DNA from: Acidobacteriota bacterium
Lineage (GTDB): Bacteria > Acidobacteriota > UBA890 > WLXD01
Assembly (NCBI GenBank): GCA_963666215.2
Contig: CAXWPL010000002.1
Coordinates: forward strand, 352,001-416,000
Direction of reading: 5' to 3'
DNA length: 64,000 nt
Of the stretch, positions 19,003 to 28,277 are shown piece after piece. Below the pieces are notes generated by a model. The model was not told where the DNA came from. It saw nothing but the letters and a program-made list of their open reading frames with translations, and did no database searches. A program made the position numbers and the translations under genes. Position 1 is the first letter of the stretch; every line of letters begins with the position of its first letter.

Positions 19003-20586
19003 CTAGGCCTCCTGACTCTGCTCGGGGCGTCCACGCCACGCGTACCAGACCGCCAGACACATGCCGGCGAAGATGGCGATCATCGTCCAGCGCGCCATCG
19101 ACACGTACGGCACGTAGTCGGGGTTGAAGCCCTCGTAGCGCAGCACGGGCGGCAGGTTGAAGATCACCCAGTTGCCGAGAATCACGAGCAGCAGTGCCGG
19201 CGTGATGAAGGTCATGCAGTAGCGGAAGAAAATCGGAACCTTGATGTCGGCGCCGCGGTTGAGTGCCTCCCAGCCCCGCTGAATACCGAACACCCAGGCG
19301 AAGAGGACAGTCTCGATGGTCGCGAAGACAACGAGGCCGAAGGTGCCTGCCCAGAAGTCGAGCTCGTTGAGAAAGCCCTGTTGGTTCCAGAAGATCACCG
19401 GCTGGCAGAACAGGAAGACGCCCAGGCCGAGCACAGCGGCGGCGCGCTGCCGTGTCATGCCGAAGCTTTCCTGCAGGAACGCCATGATCGGTTGGCCCAT
19501 CGCCAGCGACGAGGTGATACCGGCGAAGAACAACAGGGCGAACCAGAGCGTTCCGAACACCTGCCCCATTGGAATCTGTTGGAAGAGCGCCGGCATGACG
19601 GCGAACGCCAGGTCGTACGCGCTGGTGGCCAGCTCCTGGGTGCGGTCGAGGCCGTAGAACGCCACCGCGGCGGGGATTGCCAGCGTGCCGCCCAGGACGA
19701 CCTCAGCGAACTCGTTGGTGGCGCCCGTGGCCAGGCCGGTGAGGGCCACGTCGTCGTTCTCGCGCAGGTAGGCCGCGTAGCAGTGGATCGTGCCCATGCC
19801 GAGGCTCAGCGTGAAGAACACCTGACCGGCGGCGGCGAGCCAAACGCCCGGATCGGTGAGCATCTCCGCCACCGGGTTCCAGATGAAGCCCAACCCGGTG
19901 GCGACGCTGTTCTCCGGAATTGACGGATCGGGCGTTCCTAGAAAGAGCACCCGTACCACCAAAATGATGGCGAACAAGAAGAGCGTCGGCATCGCGAACT
20001 TGGCGATGGTCTCGATGCCCTTGGAAACGCCACGCGACAGCACATAGATGTTGACGAGCAGGGTGATGACAAACAGTACGTACGCCCAGGCGATACCCGA
20101 GAAGTAGGTGATGCCGGCGTTCGCGACAGCAGGATCGGCGGAGTTGATCGGAATGCCCTGATAGCTGTGCAGGAAGGCCTGCATGGGCTCGAACGCCGAC
20201 GCGCCCCAGTAGCTGCCGGCGCCGGTAAATAGGGCGAAGCCGAGCGACCACGATTCAACGTAGGTGTAGTAGACCATGATGACGAACGGCATGAAGAGGC
20301 CGGCCACACCCACGTACTTGGCCAGCGGGTTCTTCCAGAGCAGCTCCATCATCCCGGGCGTTGTCGAGTGCCCGTAGCGCCCGCCCATCCGCCCGATCGT
20401 CCACTCGATCCACATCAGCGGAATACCGAGCAGGATGAAGCACACGAAGTAGGGGATCATGAACGCGCCGCCGCCGTTCTGAGCCGCCTGCACCGGGAAG
20501 CGCAGGAAGTTACCCAGTCCGACAGCGTTCCCGGCCATGGCCAGGATCAGCCCGAATCGTGTTCCCCAACGTTCTCGTTCAGCCAT
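19003..20586 (-). CDS. Sodium-dependent NSS/SNF-family transporter (LeuT-like)
   Basis: RERWGTRFGLILAMAGNAVGLGNFLRFP, GGGAFMIPY, GQVFFTLSLG, NEFAEVVLGG. Confidence 0.96.
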   Translation of the reverse strand: MAERERWGTRFGLILAMAGNAVGLGNFLRFPVQAAQNGGGAFMIPYFVCFILLGIPLMWIEWTIGRMGGRYGHSTTPGMMELLWKNPLAKYVGVAGLFMPFVIMVYYTYVESWSLGFALFTGAGSYWGASAFEPMQAFLHSYQGIPINSADPAVANAGITYFSGIAWAYVLFVITLLVNIYVLSRGVSKGIETIAKFAMPTLFLFAIILVVRVLFLGTPDPSIPENSVATGLGFIWNPVAEMLTDPGVWLAAAGQVFFTLSLGMGTIHCYAAYLRENDDVALTGLATGATNEFAEVVLGGTLAIPAAVAFYGLDRTQELATSAYDLAFAVMPALFQQIPMGQVFGTLWFALLFFAGITSSLAMGQPIMAFLQESFGMTRQRAAAVLGLGVFLFCQPVIFWNQQGFLNELDFWAGTFGLVVFATIETVLFAWVFGIQRGWEALNRGADIKVPIFFRYCMTFITPALLLVILGNWVIFNLPPVLRYEGFNPDYVPYVSMARWTMIAIFAGMCLAVWYAWRGRPEQSQEA

Positions 20587-20780
20587 TCCACTCCCTGGGA
20601 GTGTCTCGGAATCTCGTTGATCTGCCGTCGTCCGGCGCCTGAGCGCCGGCAACTATAGCACCCAAATCACGCTCGCCCGGCGGGGAACGATGGGCTATGC
20701 TCTGGCCGCGTTTCTGCCGCCCCGCACTCTGCGCCGCGCGCACCCGACATCTCGGGTTAAAACTCGAAATCCTCACAGGT

Positions 20781-20853
20781 GGGCTCGTAGCTCAGTCGGT
20801 AGAGCGAGGGCCTGAAAAGCCCTGCGTCGGTGGTTCAATTCCGCCCGAGCCCA
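20781..20853 (+). tRNA. tRNA-Phe (GAA)
   Basis: Acceptor stem GGGCTCG/CGAGCCC, D arm AGCTCAGTCGGTAGAGC, anticodon arm AGGGC-CTGAAAA-GCCCT, T loop GGTTCAATTCC; full CCA not encoded. Confidence 0.97.
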
Positions 20854-21854
20854 CCTTCCCAAACCCTCTACTCAGGGGGTTTACGGCCGTCTGCCCCCTC
20901 AGGGCCTCGCGACAGGTTCTGGTCCTGAGTGGTCTGCTTTGGTGCCGAGAACCAACTTTGTAGACACCATGGTGGACACCAAGACTGTCTAGGTGTGAGT
21001 TCTAGGTAGGTTGTTCACGAACTCACCCCTGAGAGCCGAGCGATCGGCGGTGTCATGCCGATGCCGGCGTGGGGACGGTGACGATTGTAGTGGTTGAGCC
21101 AGGGCCGTAGAGCTCGAGTACGTCGAGCTGAGGTCTGGTAGCAGGTGCCGTAGGCCCACTGCTCCTTGAGTGTGCGGATGAAGCGTTCGGCTTTGCCGTT
21201 GGTTCTGGGGGTGTAGGGCCGGGTGTAAATGTGCCGGATCTCGAGTTGATGGCATAGGCGATTGAAGCGCTTCGAGACGTAGCCAGGCCCGTTGTCTGTC
21301 ATCACTCGGCGCACCGCTACTCCCATCGAAGCGAAGTGCTCGACGGCTCGCTGCAGGAACGCTGTGCAGGTGTGTTGGTCTTCGGCGGGCAGCACTTCGA
21401 CGTACGCCACCCGAGAGTGATCGTCGATAGCGACGTGGGCGTTCTCCCAGCCGACGCCGTAGGCCCGCTTGGAGCGGTCGCCGTGGATGCGGTGTCCAGG
21501 TCGCCGGATACGGGCCAGTTTCTTCGTATCCAGGTGCAGTAGGTCACCGGGGTGCTCGTACTCGTAGCGAACGATCTCGGGCTTGGGCTCGAGCGCATCA
21601 AGCTTGGCGAGTCCGAGCCGCTTCAGCCACGCCGAGACGGTCGAGCGCGGCACAGCCAACCTTCGGCTGATCTGCCAGGCCGTCAGTCGCCGCCGACGTA
21701 GCTTGTCGATCTGCCTCACAACTCCAGCGCTTGTTGCGTGCGGACAGCACGTCGGCCGGCTTGATCGATCGAGCAGCCCGGCCTCACCTTCTCGCTCGTA
21801 TCTATCCAGCCACTTGTAAACCGTTCGAGCCGACACGCGGGAAGGTGGGCTCGG
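20845..21854. repeat. 16-bp perfect inverted repeat CCGAGCCCACCTTCCC (20845-20860 and 21839-21854)
   Basis: Direct comparison; the first copy covers the tRNA 3' end, the second lies at a gene-fusion breakpoint. Confidence 0.85.
20994..21838 (-). mobile_element. IS481-family element remnant (5' end missing, frameshift near 3' end)
   Basis: VSARTVYKWLDRY..LLDRSSRP, HLDTKKL, DDHSR, TDNG, PRTNGKAERF; right end GTGAACAACCTACCTAGAACTCACA next to NCTAGN target TCTAGG; the usual VNNL..HT* tail is in another frame. Confidence 0.9.
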
Positions 21855-22020
21855 AGAGGCCGCCGGTGGCGTAGAGAACGCGGCCCGTATCGGAGAAGGT
21901 GTACTGGGCGCCGCCGCTGGTGGAGGATCCGGCGACATCCTGGATGACCGGTACGGGCGAGCCCGAAGTCTGCAGGCGCGAGAGGTCGAAATCGACCGCG
22001 AATAAGCGATTGAGGGAACG
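21839..22020 (-). pseudogene. Fragment of a TolB/PD40-like beta-propeller, as found in Ser/Thr kinase-propeller proteins
   Basis: Hand translation RLFAVDFDLSRLQTSGSPVPVIQDVAGSSTSGGAQYTFSDTGRVLYATGG; no start codon, fused to IS481 DNA. Confidence 0.6.
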
Positions 22021-22241
22021 GGATGCTGTCGCGAACGGGCGAGCGAGACACTATACGAAATCGGCGCGGGGAATCGGTAACGAGGAGCGACCCGTGAGGG
22101 CCATGAGAACGGCGTCGATCTTGAGACGCCGCCTGGCCGGCGTCTCAGCGGCACCGTTCCGGCCGCTGGCCGTGGCGACGCGCAAGACAGCGCGTACCCA
22201 CCAGCGCTGCACCAGGGCTCGATCGTCGAGCCGTCGGGTCG

Positions 22242-23165
22242 TTAGCGGCGCCAGCTGGACAGGTCGCGGCCGATTTGGCTCTCGAGCCTGAGGTTTTGGT
22301 CGCGGTAGTGGTCGAGCAGGCGGGCGCGGCTGGTGGGTGGAATTGGCGGGCGGCGCCCACGGGCCGAAAGGGCAGCCTTGGCGCGATCACGCAGATTGCG
22401 GGGGACGAGAGACGCGAGCCGGGCGATCGTCGGGGAACGCATGGCGCGCCGGGCACGGCCGAGGTAGGTGGTTGAGGCCTGTTGGAAGGAACCGAGGCGC
22501 GGAGGTTGCTCGGGTGGTTCGAGGCCGAGGAAGTCATGCAGCTTCACGAGCACTCCGGCCGGGTTGTCGACGATGTCGTCGAAGAACACGACCTCCACAC
22601 CGTCGCCACCGAACGTAGCCCTGTAGCGTGAGACGTGATCGGCGTAGTAGCCGATCTCGAGGTACTGGCGCGACCTGATGCTGCCTGAGCCGACCGAGTC
22701 GAGGTGGTCGCGCCAGCACTCCTCGGGGTCCTCGGAAGGGCGGTCGGAGCCGACCTCGCAGATACGCATCGCCTCGTCGAACGTGGCGTGATCGTCGCCG
22801 CGCGCGTGGTGCATCCACCAGTCGGAGTAAGCACGCTCGACCGGGTGGCGCAGCGTCATGACGATCTTGGCTAGCGGCGCACTCTCTCGAATCCGTTCAG
22901 GCACATAGGGAAGGTGCAGGTAGCCCGGCGTGGCCTCGCCGGTCACGCGCTCGCCGTCGTAGTGGCGAAAGTGACGCTCCCAGAAAGGTCCAGCCGGCTC
23001 ATGGTAGTGAATCGAGAAATAGTTGGGTTCCTTGGGCACCGACATGCAAACGTCGCGATGTTCGGCGAGCCAGTGCCACAAGGACGTGGTGCCGGCCTTG
23101 CCGGCGCCCACGACGACGAGCGAGAGATCCCGAGGGGAGATCAGAGGCCGAATTGATGGGTCCAC
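22242..23165 (-). CDS. PAPS-dependent sulfotransferase (heparan-sulfate sulfotransferase-like fold)
   Basis: 5'-PSB loop VGAGKAGTTSL, KEPNYF, GEATPGY, 3'-PB motif LRHPVERAYS; start uncertain. Confidence 0.92.
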   Translation of the reverse strand: MDPSIRPLISPRDLSLVVVGAGKAGTTSLWHWLAEHRDVCMSVPKEPNYFSIHYHEPAGPFWERHFRHYDGERVTGEATPGYLHLPYVPERIRESAPLAKIVMTLRHPVERAYSDWWMHHARGDDHATFDEAMRICEVGSDRPSEDPEECWRDHLDSVGSGSIRSRQYLEIGYYADHVSRYRATFGGDGVEVVFFDDIVDNPAGVLVKLHDFLGLEPPEQPPRLGSFQQASTTYLGRARRAMRSPTIARLASLVPRNLRDRAKAALSARGRRPPIPPTSRARLLDHYRDQNLRLESQIGRDLSSWRR

Positions 23166-23497
23166 AATTGGACGCGAATCTCGCTGTAGAGGCCACTTCC
23201 GCAACCCGGTACGTAAACCATCTTGCCGGCGCGCGCATGGAAATAGAAGGCGGAGCTATCCATCTGCATGATGATGCCGGTGGGTTCGCGCGAGAGTATT
23301 TTCCAGGTCATGCGTTCGGGCTGGCGGGCGAAACCATGGTTGATCTTGCCGTTGGATTTCTTGCGGTCGATCCAGTCGCTGTCGAAGGCAGGGCGCAGCA
23401 GGCTTTCCTGTTGCGACTGCGCGGGAACCGTATTGGTGAGGACGGTCATCCCGAGGGCGACAAGCAGCACGATCAACACTAGGTTATGTGACTTCAT
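23141..23497 (-). CDS. Small secreted hypothetical protein, possibly truncated
   Basis: GGAGA RBS, signal peptide MKSHNLVLIVLLVALGMTVL..VPA-Q; visibly lower GC than flanks. Confidence 0.55.
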   Translation of the reverse strand: MKSHNLVLIVLLVALGMTVLTNTVPAQSQQESLLRPAFDSDWIDRKKSNGKINHGFARQPERMTWKILSREPTGIIMQMDSSAFYFHARAGKMVYVPGCGSGLYSEIRVQLWTHQFGL

Positions 23498-23704
23498 GGG
23501 GTTCTCCCGGCTCCCTGATTGATCATCGACCAGCTGCCCTTGCGGTCAGCATCGTATACGAATTATAGCAGCGGATTGTCTGCTGTCTAGTTAGCAGGAG
23601 TGATCTTTTCTATCGTTTGGCTAGTAATAGGACGCCCCCGGACAGTGAAGTGAACTGAGCTGGTGCCGCCAGGGCTCAGCGAAGCTGAGAAGGGCCGGGG
23701 TTGG

Positions 23705-25573
23705 CTAGACAGAGCGCCCGGAAAGCAGCTCTTCGGAGGGGTCGAGCCGGTTCCACAACCTCCCGCCGGCGCGGATGAGCGCCGCACAGACCGCCAGGAT
23801 GGAAGCAGCGCCAAGGAATCCGAGCACGGGCAGCTCCCAGGCGATCAGCGGCAGCTGCCAGAACAGCACCTGAACCGCGAGAATCGAGCCCACCAGCAGC
23901 ACCGCCGGCGCGAGTCCAGCGAGCATCGCCAGCGAGTGCATGAAGAAGGTCAGGATGTGCTGACCGAAGTTCGCCGCGGCGCTCTTCTTGGCGAGACCGA
24001 GCGCAGTCCAGCTCGGGAGAACCAGGGCTTGGAGGTTCTCCAGGCAGCTCGACAGCAGAGCCACGGCGGCCAATGGTGGCAGGAGAGCGATGATCCCCAC
24101 CGGGACAAGCAGAGCGGGCGCGATCGCCAGCACCTCGGCGGCCGCTTGCCGCGGGCCAGCCGCGCCGGCGAAGCCCAGGTCTGTCGCCAGGCTCCAGGCA
24201 AGAAGGATCGCCACACCGAGGGAGCTATTCAGCATCGCGCTCGCCACGGGCGCACCAACCTCGGCGGCAAACAGACGCCAGCCCACAACTGGCCAGGGCC
24301 GCAGCAGCTCGACTTTCAGCAGGTCACAACGCAGGTCGTTGCGCTGTGCGCGTCCAGCGGTGAGAGTCGGAAAGACCAGGGTCGCGAGCCCGGCCCCTCC
24401 CATGAGCCCGCCAATCCACTCGGGCATGCCCGGTGCGTTGGAGACAGCCACGAGCGTGATCCCGGCGAGCGCTGCGAAGGCAAGTTGCAGGCGCCAATCA
24501 AAACGTCGAGTCAACGCCAGGTTCTTCCACAGGATCGCGATCTCGGGGGCGCCCGTGGCCGCCAACGGGAATGGCACGCGCTCGCGACCGCGACGCGACC
24601 TGCGCCAGAACCGGGCCGCCAGCTGGGCGCTGCGGTTTTCTCGCTTGGCGCGATCGAGCGCGGCCTCCTCGAAACGGGCACGCGAGCGCACGACCCACTC
24701 GTTGTGCGCCGCGAGCAGCAGAAAGGCCGCAAACATCGCCACGGCCGCCGCCATTGGGCCGGCTTCGGGCGCGACGAACAGAGGACCCGTGAGGATGAGC
24801 AACGGGGTCAGGGCCCAACCGAGTACTCCTGAGCGCGCGTCGGCGGCCAGCCCAGCCACGCGCTCGGCCACATTACCTGCCCGCAGCGCCGCTGTGGTCG
24901 TGTCGAACGACGTCATGCCGTCGGGGAGGGCGGCAAGCAGGCCTGATGCGAGGGTTGCCAAGACGACGCCGGCGAGCAACCAGAACAGTGTCAGCAATCC
25001 GGCGAGCACTAGGCGCCGCCGCCACGCGTCGGCGCGTGGCAGCTCCCGTTGACGCGCTAACCACAAGCTCCGCGCGGTGCTGTGGAGCTCCCAGGTGCTG
25101 AACGCCATCCACAGCGACACTGCGGTGGCAACGACTTGCAGCGGGCCACCACGAGCCCAGAAGAAGGTCATGATCGAGGTTCCGATCAGAACGCCCGGCT
25201 GCGAACGCAATACGCCGTACTGCACAATGCTGCGCCGGCTGACCGGCGCTGGCAGAAGCATGTGCAGCTCGGTCTCGCTGAACTGCAACGCCGGGCGGCC
25301 GAAGGGCACCAGCCACCAAATCGTCAGGACCGCGGCGATCGCCACGCTCATGCCGAGCTGAGCAGCCGCGAGCATCGGCGCATCAACTTGGAAGAAATCG
25401 GCGCCGCCGAAGTGCACGTTTCCACGCATCAGTGGACGGGCCACCCAGAAAAGGATCCAGAAGCTTCCCACCGCCGCGCCCAGCAGGTACTTGGGTTGGC
25501 GCAGCCGGCGAAGCCGCTGCACCAGGCGACCACGCAGCGAGCGTGTGAGCAGAAACCACAGGGCGGTATTCAC
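23705..25573 (-). CDS. Putative ABC exporter permease
   Basis: About 12 hydrophobic segments, FSETELHMLLPAPVSRR, AILWKNL, RNDLRCDL; follows an ABC ATPase. Confidence 0.85.
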   Translation of the reverse strand: MNTALWFLLTRSLRGRLVQRLRRLRQPKYLLGAAVGSFWILFWVARPLMRGNVHFGGADFFQVDAPMLAAAQLGMSVAIAAVLTIWWLVPFGRPALQFSETELHMLLPAPVSRRSIVQYGVLRSQPGVLIGTSIMTFFWARGGPLQVVATAVSLWMAFSTWELHSTARSLWLARQRELPRADAWRRRLVLAGLLTLFWLLAGVVLATLASGLLAALPDGMTSFDTTTAALRAGNVAERVAGLAADARSGVLGWALTPLLILTGPLFVAPEAGPMAAAVAMFAAFLLLAAHNEWVVRSRARFEEAALDRAKRENRSAQLAARFWRRSRRGRERVPFPLAATGAPEIAILWKNLALTRRFDWRLQLAFAALAGITLVAVSNAPGMPEWIGGLMGGAGLATLVFPTLTAGRAQRNDLRCDLLKVELLRPWPVVGWRLFAAEVGAPVASAMLNSSLGVAILLAWSLATDLGFAGAAGPRQAAAEVLAIAPALLVPVGIIALLPPLAAVALLSSCLENLQALVLPSWTALGLAKKSAAANFGQHILTFFMHSLAMLAGLAPAVLLVGSILAVQVLFWQLPLIAWELPVLGFLGAASILAVCAALIRAGGRLWNRLDPSEELLSGRSV

Positions 25574-25591
25574 CGCGCGCGTACTCGGCGC

Positions 25592-26395
25592 TTATGCGTC
25601 GCCGTCATCATCTTGGCCAGTGGCGCGCAGGAAGATCTCCTCGAGCCCGGCGTCGCCGCCCAGTTCGGGAACTGCGGCGCGAATCTCGTCGAGCGTGCCT
25701 TCGAGGGCCAGTCTGCCGTTCTGGATGATGAATATGCGACCGCAGATCTCCTCGACCAGATGCAGCATGTGCGACGACACGATGATAGCCGCGCCGGCCG
25801 CGGCGGTTCGCACGACAGTTCGTTTCATGCGGCGCATCGCGCCCGGATCGAGGCCCGTGAGAGGCTCATCGAGAATCAGCACCTTCGGGGAGTGCAGCAG
25901 CGCGCAGGCGATAACGAGCTTCTGTTTCATGCCGCGCGACAGCTCGCCCGGGAAGGCGGTGCGGCGTTCTTGCAGATCGTTGATCAACAACAGCTCCTCG
26001 GCCCGTTCGCGCACGTCGGAAACGCCGTAGATCCGACCGAAGAGCATCAGGTGGTCCCACACCGTGAGGTACTCGAACAGGTGCGGCTCGTCGGCCACGA
26101 AGGCGAGATGACGACGTGCCTCGACGGGCGCTTCGTTGATGTCGTGCCCGCAAATACGAACGCTTCCGGAGGTCGGCGGAATGATCCCGGCGATGCAGCG
26201 CAGCGTTGTCGTCTTGCCGGCGCCGTTGGGGCCCACGAGGCCGAGAATGTCGCCGCTCGCGAGGTCGAGACTGAGCTGGTTGACCGCCAGCTTGCCGTCG
26301 TAACTCTTCGTCAGGCCTTCGATGTGGATCACGGCTTCTCGGGGGTATTCGATCGTGGCAGATGGACGCTGCGTCTCGCCGGATTGAAGGCTCAT
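25592..26395 (-). CDS. ABC transporter ATP-binding protein
   Basis: GPNGAGKTT, LSRGMKQK, ILDEP, SSH; start uncertain. Confidence 0.95.
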   Translation of the reverse strand: MSLQSGETQRPSATIEYPREAVIHIEGLTKSYDGKLAVNQLSLDLASGDILGLVGPNGAGKTTTLRCIAGIIPPTSGSVRICGHDINEAPVEARRHLAFVADEPHLFEYLTVWDHLMLFGRIYGVSDVRERAEELLLINDLQERRTAFPGELSRGMKQKLVIACALLHSPKVLILDEPLTGLDPGAMRRMKRTVVRTAAAGAAIIVSSHMLHLVEEICGRIFIIQNGRLALEGTLDEIRAAVPELGGDAGLEEIFLRATGQDDDGDA

Positions 26396-26439
26396 CGGCC
26401 GTCCAGGCGCAGCGTCCGAGGCTGGCATATCATGCCCCG

Positions 26440-27456
26440 ATGAGCGGGAGCGTGCCGCGCCCGGTCGGCCTTGGCGCTGTGACACTCGCCGGAGTCGGTC
26501 GGCTGCGCGAAAAAAACGGACTTCGACTCCGTGGGGTGTGGGCGACTGGGGTGTGCATTGTCGCGTGCCTGCTACCCGCCGCTGCTGCTCCCGTGGCACT
26601 GGCTACCGAGCCGGCGCCGACGCTCGCGGGGCTGTCGCCATCGCGCCGAGTTGCGCAGGGGCCGGTGAGCCGATTCATGCTGCCCGACGGGCGGCCGTTG
26701 CCGTTCGCCAACGTCGAAGAGCTCCGTGAGTTCCTGCGCACGGCTCCCATCATTGAGCGTGAGGACATCCCCACCGGTTCCACCAACCCAGAACGTTTGA
26801 CGCTGGAGCGCGACGGCGTGCGGTTGCGGGCAATCTTCCGCGACGTCGATGTGGAGCGCGAGCGGTACCGACTACGCGACGGCACGTTCTACATGAATTT
26901 CCGCGACAACGCGCTCTTCGAGGTCGCGGCCTACGAGCTCGCGCGTTTGCTTGGCATCGACAATCTCCCGCCGGCCGGTGGGCGGGTTATTGACAGCCAG
27001 CGCGGCTCGGTGCAGCTGTGGATCGAGGGCGAGGTGATGACCGAGACCGACCGCATCGAGCGTCGACTGGTCTCGCCCAGTGCCTTGCGTTGGCGTAACC
27101 AGATGCAGGTGCTGCGAAACTTCGACTACCTGATTGGCAATCACGACCGCAACACCGGCAATCTTTTGATCGACGGAAGCTGGAATATCTGGCTCGTCGA
27201 TCACACCCGCACGTTCCAGCTCGCCCGCGAGGATGTCGAGCCCGATCGTGTGCAGGTGTGCCCGATCGGACTTTTTGACCGGATGCGCGCGCTCACCGAC
27301 GAGGAGGTGCGGCCGTTGCTCGACGATTACCTACGCCCCGCAGAGATCGACGGTATCTTCCGCCGGCGCGACAATCTCGTTGCACATATCGAGAGGCTGA
27401 TCCAAGAGCGTGGTCGCGGGGCAGTGCTGATTGAGTCCGGCGACCGCGACCTTTGA
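26440..27456 (+). CDS. Exported atypical kinase-fold protein (PI3/4K-, Fam20- or HipA-like motifs)
   Basis: EVAAYELARLLGIDNLPP, GSVQLWIE, FDYLIGNHDRNTGNLL, IWLVDH; hydrophobic N-terminal signal-like segment. Confidence 0.7.
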   Translation: MSGSVPRPVGLGAVTLAGVGRLREKNGLRLRGVWATGVCIVACLLPAAAAPVALATEPAPTLAGLSPSRRVAQGPVSRFMLPDGRPLPFANVEELREFLRTAPIIEREDIPTGSTNPERLTLERDGVRLRAIFRDVDVERERYRLRDGTFYMNFRDNALFEVAAYELARLLGIDNLPPAGGRVIDSQRGSVQLWIEGEVMTETDRIERRLVSPSALRWRNQMQVLRNFDYLIGNHDRNTGNLLIDGSWNIWLVDHTRTFQLAREDVEPDRVQVCPIGLFDRMRALTDEEVRPLLDDYLRPAEIDGIFRRRDNLVAHIERLIQERGRGAVLIESGDRDL

Positions 27457-27483
27457 TCGAGCTTCACGAGGCGGACACGAGCG

Positions 27484-28224
27484 ATGACCGGTGATCTGAG
27501 CAAACGGCTGCTGGCCGAGGCCGTGGGAACCTTCGCGTTGACCTTCGTGGGTGCTGCGGCAATCTGCACCGACGCCTACAGCGGCGGACAGGTGGGGCTG
27601 CTCGGTATCGCGGTCGCCCACGGACTGATTCTTTCGATCATGGTCACCGCGACAGCACATATCTCGGGCGCCCACGTCAATCCTGCCGTGACCCTCGCTG
27701 CGTTCCTCAGTCGAGCGATTGGCCTGCGTCACGCCATGTGCTACGTCGTCGTACAGCTGATCGGCGCTGTGCTCGCTGGTTTGATGCTCACGGCGACGTT
27801 CGCGGCTGATGTCTGGCAACCCGTCGTCCTCGGCACGCCGGTCCTCGGGCCGGGGGTCGCGCCCGGTACCGGGATCTTCATCGAGGCCATTCTAACGTTC
27901 TTTCTCGTGTTCACCGTGCTGCAGGTTGCGATGGATCCTCGCGCACCGCGGCACGTTTACGGCTTCGCGATTGGCCTGGTACTCACCGCAAACATCCTTG
28001 TGGGTGGCCCCCTGACCGGCGCCGCCGTCAACCCGGCGCGTGCCTTCGGTCCCGCACTGGCGTCGTGGACCTGGAACGCGCACCATGTCTACTGGATCGG
28101 GCCGTTCCTCGGCGCGCTGATCGCGTCGGTGGTTTATGGGGCCCTGCAGCCGGCCGTCGGCAACGGGCCTGACTCTCCGGACGGGCCGGACGGTCCGGAG
28201 GCTTCGGGCGGGATGGCCGCATAG
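27484..28224 (+). CDS. MIP-family channel (aquaporin)
   Basis: ISGAHVNPAVT and VNPARAFGP, six TM helices. Confidence 0.96.
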   Translation: MTGDLSKRLLAEAVGTFALTFVGAAAICTDAYSGGQVGLLGIAVAHGLILSIMVTATAHISGAHVNPAVTLAAFLSRAIGLRHAMCYVVVQLIGAVLAGLMLTATFAADVWQPVVLGTPVLGPGVAPGTGIFIEAILTFFLVFTVLQVAMDPRAPRHVYGFAIGLVLTANILVGGPLTGAAVNPARAFGPALASWTWNAHHVYWIGPFLGALIASVVYGALQPAVGNGPDSPDGPDGPEASGGMAA

Positions 28225-28277
28225 GCCGCGAAGCCGCACCTCACACCGCGAACTACAAACCGGAACGGAATCGACGA

